A stretch of DNA of 49,617 bases from a bacterium (GTDB lineage: Bacteria > Sysuimicrobiota > Sysuimicrobiia > Sysuimicrobiales > Kaftiobacteriaceae), in contig DASSGA010000169.1 of assembly GCA_035693805.1 (NCBI GenBank), forward strand, positions 1 to 49,617. The letters run 5' to 3'. A program made the translations under genes and the position numbers. This document shows positions 16,420-24,239 of the stretch, piece after piece; the stretch's first letter is position 1; each line of letters opens with the position of its first letter. The notes beneath the pieces are model-generated. The model did no database searches and was not told the DNA's origin. It saw nothing but the letters and a program-made list of their open reading frames with translations.

Positions 16420-18501
16420 GTGGCAGTCCTTCCCACCTTCACTCAGGCCGTCGTTTCGCTGCGCTGGCTCGCACTCGCGGCCCTCATCGCTCTGGAAACC
16501 CTCCTCCCCAGCCGGGGGAACACCTCCGCGCTCATCGGTCTGTACGCGGTGATCTTCGCCTACACCCTGGCGCTGACGCTCTTCGCCTGGCGCTTCCCGG
16601 ACAGAAGCGCAACCGCCGCCCGTTTGGGCATCCCCCTGGACACATTGGCGATCGCCGCGGGGATGCTGGTCACCGGCCACGGGCGCGAGTACCTGCTGCT
16701 GGCATTCCCGGTTACGGCCGTGGCGGGACTCCTGCTCGGGTACACGGGGGCGGCGCTGGTCTCCGCGGCGATGACGATCGTGCAGTTCCCGATGATCCGG
16801 GTGTCGCTGTTTGCCCCGGGGAGCTACATCCTGTGGTCGTTCACCGCGCTGGCCGTCCTCGGCACTGGCACGGCTGCGGCCGCAGGCGCGGAGCACCTGG
16901 CGCGGGGTCAGCGATTCCACCGGATGCTGCTGGAGCTGCGCCGGGCCGTGGCCGCAGCGCCGAACGTGGCCGCCTCCGCCAAGGCGGCGCTCGCGATCGT
17001 CACCGCGCACTTCCACGCGAACAGCGGCTCGCTCATGCTCTTCGATGCGCAGGCCGGCTGCCTGGAGATCCTCGCCGCGCAGGCGCTCGCGGAGCCTTAT
17101 CATGAGGTCCGCCCGCGGTTGGGCGAGGGGATCGCGGGATGGGTGGCGCAGCAGGGAGAAGCGGTGCTGCTCACCCCGGATGCCCCGGTCCCATTCCGCC
17201 TCACGCGCTCGGAGATCGGCTCCTCGATCTGCGCGCCGCTGCGGACCGCCCAAGGGCCGCTGGGCGTGCTCAACTTGAACCGCCACCGGCCGGCGGCGTG
17301 GTTCACCCGGGACGACCTCGAGACCGCCGAGCTCACCGCGCAGCAGATCGCGGGCATCCTCCTGCAGGCGCAGCACGAACGTGTCTACGCGGCGGCCCTC
17401 TCCGAGGTCGCGGAAGGGTTCAGCGAGGTCAGCCGGGCCCTGGCCCGCGACCCGGCGGTCCTGTGGCCGGCGCTCCTCGACATCGCGCGGTCCTTGACCT
17501 CGGCCCACTTCGCGGTGCTGGCGCTCGAGCGCGAGGACACCGGCACGGTCGACATCGTCGCCACGCGGGGCATCGACGGACGGACCTCCCTGGAGTTCGC
17601 GCCCACGCTGCTCGCGGCCAGCACGCAGGGCGAGATCCGCGTGGCGCAGGGCGGGCCGCCGCGCAACGGCGTGCCCACTGCGGTGGCGTGCGTGCCACTC
17701 CGGGCCGAATCCCAGACCCTGGGGGCGATCGGGCTCGGTCTGGGCGACAGCCGCACCCCCCCGCGACTCCTGCACGCGGTCGCGTCGCACGTCGCCGCGG
17801 CCGTGCACACCGCGCGGTCCGCCCACCGCGTCGCGGACATCGGCGTCTCCGAGGAGCGCCGGCGTATCGCGCGCGAGATGCACGACGGACTGGCGCAGAC
17901 CCTGGCCGACGCGATGCTGCAGACGGACCTCTCGACGATGGCTGCGCAGGCGCACCCCGAGCGGCTGGTCTCCGATCTCACCGAACTGCGCGCGGTGCTC
18001 GAGCGGGCGATGCGGGAGTTGCGGGAGTTCATGAGCGAGCTGCGCCGGCAGGACCAGGCCGAGGCCACGCTCTTCGGGGCCCTCGACCTGATGGGCCGCG
18101 ACTTCGGGCGACGCTACCAGATCCCGACCTCGGTGGCGGCGAGCGGCGAGGAGGCGCACCTCCCCTCCGCGATCCGGCACGCGGTGCTGGCCATCGTCCG
18201 CCAGGCGCTGACGAACGTGCGCGGCCACGCCCGCGCCACGGCCGTCGCGATCCGCGCCGAGGTCAGCGAGCAGTTGTGCGTCGTGAGCGTCAAGGACAAC
18301 GGCGCCGGATTCGACCTCGCCGCTTACCGCGCGAAGCCTCCCGCGGCGCACCACCTCGGCATCACGTCGATGGAGGAGCGGGCGGCCCTGGTGGGGGGGC
18401 GCCTGGACATGGAGAGCCGCCCGGGCGAGGGCACCACGGTGACCGTGCGCATCCCATTGGGGAGGGAGCATGACGAAGATACGCGTGCTGCTGGCGGATG
18501 A
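16420..18501 (+). CDS. membrane sensor histidine kinase, GAF-GAF-HisKA_3-HATPase (NarL-partner class)
   Basis: About 5 N-terminal TM segments, two GAF-like regions, H-box EERRRIAREMHDGLAQTL, and an ATPase domain VKDNGAGFD...GGRLDMESRPGEGTTVTV. Start set at a GTG with AAAGGGG SD. The in-frame ATG at 16342 is an alternative but lies inside the pilC promoter. Confidence 0.85.
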   Translation: MAVLPTFTQAVVSLRWLALAALIALETLLPSRGNTSALIGLYAVIFAYTLALTLFAWRFPDRSATAARLGIPLDTLAIAAGMLVTGHGREYLLLAFPVTAVAGLLLGYTGAALVSAAMTIVQFPMIRVSLFAPGSYILWSFTALAVLGTGTAAAAGAEHLARGQRFHRMLLELRRAVAAAPNVAASAKAALAIVTAHFHANSGSLMLFDAQAGCLEILAAQALAEPYHEVRPRLGEGIAGWVAQQGEAVLLTPDAPVPFRLTRSEIGSSICAPLRTAQGPLGVLNLNRHRPAAWFTRDDLETAELTAQQIAGILLQAQHERVYAAALSEVAEGFSEVSRALARDPAVLWPALLDIARSLTSAHFAVLALEREDTGTVDIVATRGIDGRTSLEFAPTLLAASTQGEIRVAQGGPPRNGVPTAVACVPLRAESQTLGAIGLGLGDSRTPPRLLHAVASHVAAAVHTARSAHRVADIGVSEERRRIAREMHDGLAQTLADAMLQTDLSTMAAQAHPERLVSDLTELRAVLERAMRELREFMSELRRQDQAEATLFGALDLMGRDFGRRYQIPTSVAASGEEAHLPSAIRHAVLAIVRQALTNVRGHARATAVAIRAEVSEQLCVVSVKDNGAGFDLAAYRAKPPAAHHLGITSMEERAALVGGRLDMESRPGEGTTVTVRIPLGREHDEDTRAAGG

Positions 18502-19132
18502 CCACGACCTCTTCCGGCAGGGCGTCCGCCGCCTGCTGGAGGGCGCGCCGGATCTGGAGGTCGTCGGCGAGGCGCGGACCGGACAGGACACCGTCCGGCT
18601 GGTCGAGGAGCTCGCCCCCGACATCGTGCTGCTGGACATCTCGATGCCGGCGCTCTCGGGGATCGACGCGGCCCGGCTGATCAAGACGTCGAGCCCGCGC
18701 ACCGGCATCATCATCCTGACCGTGCACGCCGACGAGGAGTTCCTCTTCGAGGCGATCAAGGCCGGGGCCATGGGGTACCTGCTGAAGGACGCCTCCGCGG
18801 ACGAGGTCGTCCGGGCGATCCATGTGATCTACGGCGGCGAGGGCCTCCTCGCTCCGAGCATGGCGGCAAAGGTGATGCGGGAGTTCGCGCGGACCCGCGA
18901 GGTCACAGACCTCGCCCGCGTGCTGACGCCGCTCACGCACCGCGAGGTGGAGATCCTCCAGCACGTGGCGGCGGGGCTGGCCAACAAGGAGATCGCCCAC
19001 AAGCTCTCGATCAGCGAGCGCACGGTGAAGAACCACCTCAGCAACATCATGGAGAAACTTCATGTGAACAGCCGGACCCAGGCCGCCGTCTACGCGCTGC
19101 GGTCCGGTCTGGTGCCCCCCGCCGCAGGATAG
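18470..19132 (+). CDS. NarL/LuxR-family response regulator (REC + HTH)
   Basis: IRVLLADDHDLFR, DIVLLDISMP, and a LuxR HTH LTHREVEILQHVAAGLANKEIAHKLSISERTVKNHLSNIMEKL. Overlaps the kinase by 32 nt. GGGAGGGAG SD. Confidence 0.92.
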   Translation: MTKIRVLLADDHDLFRQGVRRLLEGAPDLEVVGEARTGQDTVRLVEELAPDIVLLDISMPALSGIDAARLIKTSSPRTGIIILTVHADEEFLFEAIKAGAMGYLLKDASADEVVRAIHVIYGGEGLLAPSMAAKVMREFARTREVTDLARVLTPLTHREVEILQHVAAGLANKEIAHKLSISERTVKNHLSNIMEKLHVNSRTQAAVYALRSGLVPPAAG

Positions 19133-19167
19133 GCCGGGGACCGGGGGCGCATGGTACCAGGGGCCTA

Positions 19168-19197
19168 TTGTCCCTTCGGGAAGCGGGCCGCTAGACT
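19168..19197 (+). promoter_or_regulatory. candidate promoter TTGTCC-18-TAGACT for the orphan REC gene
   Basis: The -10 ends 6 nt before the GTG start at 19204, so the predicted transcript is leaderless. Confidence 0.35.
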
Positions 19198-19203
19198 GGC
19201 GGT

Positions 19204-19581
19204 GTGACCCCGATCCGCGTCCTCCTCGTGGACGACAACGCCGGATACCGGCAGCGCCTCGCCCGCATCCTGGCGCTGCAGCAGGATCTCCAGGTGGTCG
19301 GCGAAGCCGCCGACGGGCATGAGGCGATCGCCCGGGCCCGGGACCTGCAGCCGGACGTCATCCTGATGGACTTCCGCATGGAGGGCCTCGATGGGTTCAC
19401 CGCGGCGCGCGCCATCGCGAAGGAGCTCCCCGCCATCAAGGTCTTCATGCTGACGGCATTCCCGGGGGCGCTCGACCAGGAGAAGGTGCAACGCGGAGGG
19501 ATCCAGGGACTGCTGATCAAGGATCAACCCGCCGCCGAGATCGTCGCGGCGATCAGAGCGTCGGTTCTTCCACGCGCGTAA
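19204..19581 (+). CDS. stand-alone receiver-domain response regulator
   Basis: IRVLLVDDNAGYR, DVILMDFRMEGLDG, KVFMLTAF. 125 aa with no output domain. GTG start. Confidence 0.85.
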   Translation: MTPIRVLLVDDNAGYRQRLARILALQQDLQVVGEAADGHEAIARARDLQPDVILMDFRMEGLDGFTAARAIAKELPAIKVFMLTAFPGALDQEKVQRGGIQGLLIKDQPAAEIVAAIRASVLPRA

Positions 19582-21235
19582 CGCGCAGCACTTCCTCCAC
19601 CGTCGTCATCCCGCGCAGCGCCTTCAGCAGGCCATCGGCGCGCATCGAGATCATGCCGTCGGCCCGGGCCGCCTCCGCGATGTCGGCGGCGGAGGCCCGG
19701 CCCAGGATGAGGTTCCGCACCGCATCGGTGGTCACCAGGATCTCAAAGATCGCCGTCCGTCCGCGGTACCCCGTGTGCCGGCACTGCGGGCAGCCCACCG
19801 CCTGATGGAAGGCGCGGTCGACGAGGCTCTCCGGGACGGAGGACTGCAGCCAGAGGATGATCTCGGGCGGCGCCTCGACGGGGCGCTTGCAGTGCGGACA
19901 GAGGACGCGCACCAGGCGCTGGGAGGCCACGCCGATCACCGCCGAGGCGGTAAGGAACGTTTCGATCCCCATGTCCACCAAACGGGACATCGCGCTCGAG
20001 CTGTCATTGGTGTGGATGGTGGTCAGCACGAGGTGGCCGGTGAGCGAGGCGTGGATGGCGATCCCCGCGGTCTCCACGTCTCGAATCTCACCCACCATGA
20101 TGATGTCGGGATCCTGACGCACGATGGAGCGCAATCCGGTGGCGAACGTGAGACCGGCCCGGGGGTTCACCTGGATGTGGCTCACGCCGGGCAGCTGGTA
20201 CTCCACGGGATCTTCGATCGTGATGATGTTCTTGTCCGCCGCGTTGAGCAGGGCGAGCGTGCTGACCAGGGTGGTGGTCTTCCCGCTGCCTGTGGGCCCG
20301 CTGACGAGGACGATGCCGTACGGCTGGCGGATGAGGCCCTCGAAGCGCCGCTGCGCCGACTCGTCCATGCCGAGCTCGGGGAGCGTGAGCAGCCCCCGCG
20401 CCTTGTCGAGCAGGCGCAGCGCTACCCGTTCGCCGAGCACGGTGGGGATCGTCGCGACCCGGATGTCGATGGCCCGGCCATCCAGATTCACCTCGAACGC
20501 GCCATCCTGCGGCAGCCGCCGCTCGGCGATGTTCAGCCGCGCGAGCACCTTGATGCGCGAGATGAGCGCGGGGTGCACGTTCTGGGGCACCTGCATCACC
20601 GTCTGCAGCACACCGTCGATCCGGTAGCGCACACGGATCTCGCCTTCTTCAGGCTCGATGTGCACGTCGCTGGCCCGGTCCTTCAGCGCCTGCTCCAGAA
20701 GCAGGTTGACGAGGCGCACGACGGGCGCGTCGTCGCCTTCCTCCGCCGCCGCAGCATCGGTCAGCTCCTCGACATCGGCGAGAACCGCCTGCGCCGCCGC
20801 ACCCATCCCGTAGGCACGTTCGATCGCGGAGGCGATGTCCGATTCCAGCGCGACCACGGGCTTGACGGACCGGCGGGCGGCGATCGCCACGTCGTCGATG
20901 GCGAAGACGTCGAGCGGATCCGCGATGGCGACGACCAGGCTGTCACCGTCCGCGGACACGGGAACGACACGCCGCTTGCGGGCCAGCCCTTCGGGCACGA
21001 GACGGATCACGGCGGGGTCGATGCGCTGGCTGGCCAGCGTGACGAACCGCAGGCCGAGCTGATCGGCCAGGGCCTGGGCGATCTGCCGCTCGGTGGCCGC
21101 CCGCATCTCTACCAGGACGCGACCCAGGCGTTCACGCGTCTTCCGCTGCCGGGTCAACGCCTCCTGCAGCTGCTCAGGCGTGACCACGCCGCTCTCGACC
21201 AGGATGTCGCCGATGCGCTTGCGTGGATTCCTCAC
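19553..21235 (-). CDS. pilB: type IV pilus extension ATPase PilB (GspE family)
   Basis: N-terminal GspE_N domain (RIGDILVESGVVTPEQLQEAL), Walker A SGPTGSGKTTT, and a tetracysteine CPHC...CPQC. GTG start. Confidence 0.92.
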   Translation of the reverse strand: MRNPRKRIGDILVESGVVTPEQLQEALTRQRKTRERLGRVLVEMRAATERQIAQALADQLGLRFVTLASQRIDPAVIRLVPEGLARKRRVVPVSADGDSLVVAIADPLDVFAIDDVAIAARRSVKPVVALESDIASAIERAYGMGAAAQAVLADVEELTDAAAAEEGDDAPVVRLVNLLLEQALKDRASDVHIEPEEGEIRVRYRIDGVLQTVMQVPQNVHPALISRIKVLARLNIAERRLPQDGAFEVNLDGRAIDIRVATIPTVLGERVALRLLDKARGLLTLPELGMDESAQRRFEGLIRQPYGIVLVSGPTGSGKTTTLVSTLALLNAADKNIITIEDPVEYQLPGVSHIQVNPRAGLTFATGLRSIVRQDPDIIMVGEIRDVETAGIAIHASLTGHLVLTTIHTNDSSSAMSRLVDMGIETFLTASAVIGVASQRLVRVLCPHCKRPVEAPPEIILWLQSSVPESLVDRAFHQAVGCPQCRHTGYRGRTAIFEILVTTDAVRNLILGRASAADIAEAARADGMISMRADGLLKALRGMTTVEEVLRVTRVEEPTL

Positions 21236-21244
21236 ATCACGCCC

Positions 21245-21291
21245 ATCTTAGGCACCCCCGCGGGGCAGCCACAATGGGCGGTTCGGCCTAC
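21245..21291 (-). promoter_or_regulatory. candidate pilB promoter (TTGTGG-18-TAAGAT) plus conserved upstream block
   Basis: Minus strand reads GTAGGCCGAACCGCCCATTGTGGCTGCCCCGCGGGGGTGCCTAAGAT. The -10 ends 9 nt before the GTG start, so there is little or no leader. Confidence 0.45.
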
Positions 21292-22379
21292 ACCTCCGCC
21301 TGGGTCAGGACGGCGGCCAGGACCCGGACATGGACGGCCGGAAACGCCGGACCCTCTCCCGCAAGCAGAGCGGTGACCAGCCCGCCGAGCCCGGCGGGAC
21401 GCAGGCCCCCGACGCGGCCGCAGGTCATGGCCTCGGTGTAGTCCGCGAGCGCAACCAGTTGGGAGACGGGGGCGGCGGTGGAGGGGCCTTCCACGATGAC
21501 GCGATGGTGCTCCATGGCTGCGATCATGGGCAGGCTGCGCCGCCCATCCAGGCGGCGGAGGAGGAGGCCCGCTTCGACGGCGTGCCGGGGAAGCGCGATT
21601 CGTACGGTGCGCGTGCGCTCGGCCAGGCGGTCCTGCCAGGGCAGCCGCGCCATCCCGATGTCGTGGAGGAAGGCGGCGACGCCGAGTTCGATCCGCTCCG
21701 GCCGGGCGAGACCGAGCCCGCGCGCGAGCTGCATCGCGAGGAAGGCGACGTTCACCGCGTGCGGCGGGTCGAGCTCATCGTGTCCCCGCAGCACGACCTG
21801 CGTCCACAGCGCGCGCGCATCCCCGCCGGAAGGGTCCAGGGTCTCCACCACGAGCTGCACCCGGCCCACGTCGAGCCGGTCCCCCCGTTCCACCGAGGCC
21901 GACAGTGCCGCGGCCGCGGAGAGGGCGGCGAGGTATTCGTCGGTCTCCGCGGGCAGCGCCCGCGTCTGCTCCGGGCCTTCGACCTCGATCCCGACCACGC
22001 CCGCCCTGCGCAGCGCGTCGGAGGTCCCACCGGAGGCGATGACCTCTTCCGGCTCGCGCGAGAGCAGTCGGATCGCCTCACGCAGGGCCCGCGGGTCCGC
22101 CTGCGCGGTAATGGTCAGGTGGGCCACACCCCGTGAGGTGAGATGATCGCGCAGCGGAAGGGCGTGCCGGTCGTCCGCGGGAAGCAGGGCCCCTTGCACG
22201 ATCAGCCAGTCCGCGGAGACGTCCCAGCGCACCGCGGGAGCTTGCGCGAGCGCGCTGTGCACCGCCGATTCGAAGGCGCGGATGCTCTCTTCAGCCGCAG
22301 GATGCTGCGGGCCGTAGTGACGGATCTGCCGGAGGGCGGCGTAGAGCGTGCGGGTCAGAGCCCCGGGAAGGGTTGTCAT
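21288..22379 (-). CDS. HD-domain phosphohydrolase (degenerate HD-GYP-like) with uncharacterised N-terminal module
   Basis: HAVNV...FLHDIGM...HAVEAG...AAMEHHRV...LADYTEAM with no GYP motif. Start MTTLPGAL overlaps the upstream stop (ATGA). The listed 510-aa ORF is an Arg/Gly-rich extension. Confidence 0.7.
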   Translation of the reverse strand: MTTLPGALTRTLYAALRQIRHYGPQHPAAEESIRAFESAVHSALAQAPAVRWDVSADWLIVQGALLPADDRHALPLRDHLTSRGVAHLTITAQADPRALREAIRLLSREPEEVIASGGTSDALRRAGVVGIEVEGPEQTRALPAETDEYLAALSAAAALSASVERGDRLDVGRVQLVVETLDPSGGDARALWTQVVLRGHDELDPPHAVNVAFLAMQLARGLGLARPERIELGVAAFLHDIGMARLPWQDRLAERTRTVRIALPRHAVEAGLLLRRLDGRRSLPMIAAMEHHRVIVEGPSTAAPVSQLVALADYTEAMTCGRVGGLRPAGLGGLVTALLAGEGPAFPAVHVRVLAAVLTQAEV

Positions 22380-24211
22380 GCCGGGCCCTCCTGCAATCGC
22401 GCCAGCGCGGCGGCGGCCTCCTGCCGCAGCTCCCCGCCCGCCCGTGACGCCACCTTGCGCAGCGCGTCCCCGCTCTCCGGGGCGCGCAGCCGGCCGAGCG
22501 CGCGGATCACCTCCCGCTTGAGGTCGAGCTGTTCGGAGATGGGGCTGCCCTCGAGGACGGCGATAAGGATCCCCGCGGCTTCCGGCCGCCCCAGCACGCC
22601 GAGCCAGTGCGCCGCGGCGGCCTGCGTCTCCCCATCGGGACGGAGCAGTACCTCCGCGAGCGCCTCCATGGCATCGGACGTACCGAGCTGGGAGGCGACC
22701 TGCATTGCCTCGCGCCGCACGTGCCCCCCAGGATGGCTCATCGCCGCGCGCAGCACCGGCATCATCTCTGGCCCACCGATCCGGCCCAGCACGGTCACGG
22801 CGTTCCGGGCGACATGCCACCGCGGATCGAGCGCGTGCGGAACGAGGAGATCCCCCCGGCCGGCGGCGAGATGCGCCAGCAGGTCGACGGCCCTGCCGCG
22901 CACCTGCAGGCGGTCGTCGTCGCCGGCGAGCTCGAGCAGGACGCGCACGGTCTCTTGGGGAGCCACTTGCATCGCCTGCACGAACGGATGGGCGGGACCA
23001 GGCGGGCGGGTCAGAGTCCGTTCGAACAGCTCCCCCGCGCCGAGGGAGAGCATGCGCTGCACCATCGCCCGCACGGCATCGGCTCGGGCGTCGGTGAGAG
23101 CGACGGCCGCACCGGTCAGGCCGTTCATCGCCGCAAGCAGCCCCGGCAGATCACCCTCCTGCACCATCACGACGACCGCGGCCTCGAGCTGGGCCAGGGC
23201 ACCCGCCAGCTCACCGGCACCGATCACCGGCAGCAACTCTCCCAACCGCCGCACCGCCTGCGCACGAAGCCGCCGCTCGTCCCATGCCGCGACGGCTGCC
23301 ATGGCCTCCTGCAGGTCTGCCGGCGATGGAGGCTCGACCACGGGCAGCGGCGTGGAAGGCGCCGTGCGATGGAAGGTCCGGAGGACCTCGGCCACGCGCC
23401 GGCCTTGTGCCTGCGCGGTCCCTCCGGCCTGCGACACGAGGCTCGCCGCCAGGACGGGCGGCCACTGCGAGGCGAGCGAAGCGGCCCACGGCTCATCCAC
23501 GGAGCGGACGATCATCGCGCACACCGCGGCCTGCCACGGGACGCGCAGCCCGGCAAGGCTCTGGCCGATCGCCTTCCATGCGTCGAGCTGTGCCTGGCGG
23601 GGCCGCGTCACGATGCGGCGATCGAAGGTCCTGAAGAGCTCGCGCATCGCCGCTTCGTCGCCGCCCGTCTGCCGCAGATAGGCGGTGATGCGGTCTGCGG
23701 CACCGGCGCCCACCGCCTCGAGCAGGGGCTCGAGCAGGTCCGCCCCGCGCGGGGGTGCGCCCCCGATGATCTCGATGAGCACGCTCCGTACGCCCCCGGC
23801 CCCGAGGAGGGCCCCCAACCCCCCGGCTCGCTGGATCTGGACCGGGGGGAGGTGGAGCGCGCTGACGAACTCGCCGAGCTCAGCGAGCGACACGCCGCGG
23901 AGGAACTGGACCGTGGGCGCGGCGCGGGCACGCAGGGCGCGGGCGAGATCGCCGACGACGTCGTCCACGTACGGCTCCGTGCGGAAATCGAAGACGAGTC
24001 CCTGCCCCGTCGCCGTGACGGCGAGCGAGCCATGGCCGGCTGTGTAGGCATCGATCGCGGCGCGGGCCGCCTGAAGCGCCTCGGCCGTTCGGGCGTGGTG
24101 CAGCGGGTACAGCCGGAGCGTCCGAAACGCGGAGGCGACCCCGCGCACGGCACGCCGGGCCGCCTCGAATCGGGCTACCTCCGCGCGTTCGGCCTCCCGA
24201 TCGCCACTCAT
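22376..24211 (-). CDS. uncharacterised all-helical protein with C-terminal HEAT-like repeats
   Basis: HEAT-type repeats (PRWHVARNAVTVLGRIGGPEMMPVLRAAMSHPGGHVRREAMQVASQLG...). Start chosen at MSGDREAE, 28 nt after the valS stop. The RBS is weak, so the start is uncertain. Confidence 0.62.
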   Translation of the reverse strand: MSGDREAERAEVARFEAARRAVRGVASAFRTLRLYPLHHARTAEALQAARAAIDAYTAGHGSLAVTATGQGLVFDFRTEPYVDDVVGDLARALRARAAPTVQFLRGVSLAELGEFVSALHLPPVQIQRAGGLGALLGAGGVRSVLIEIIGGAPPRGADLLEPLLEAVGAGAADRITAYLRQTGGDEAAMRELFRTFDRRIVTRPRQAQLDAWKAIGQSLAGLRVPWQAAVCAMIVRSVDEPWAASLASQWPPVLAASLVSQAGGTAQAQGRRVAEVLRTFHRTAPSTPLPVVEPPSPADLQEAMAAVAAWDERRLRAQAVRRLGELLPVIGAGELAGALAQLEAAVVVMVQEGDLPGLLAAMNGLTGAAVALTDARADAVRAMVQRMLSLGAGELFERTLTRPPGPAHPFVQAMQVAPQETVRVLLELAGDDDRLQVRGRAVDLLAHLAAGRGDLLVPHALDPRWHVARNAVTVLGRIGGPEMMPVLRAAMSHPGGHVRREAMQVASQLGTSDAMEALAEVLLRPDGETQAAAAHWLGVLGRPEAAGILIAVLEGSPISEQLDLKREVIRALGRLRAPESGDALRKVASRAGGELRQEAAAALARLQEGPA

Positions 24212-24239
24212 CCGCCAGCCGCCCGCTGGACTGGATTCG

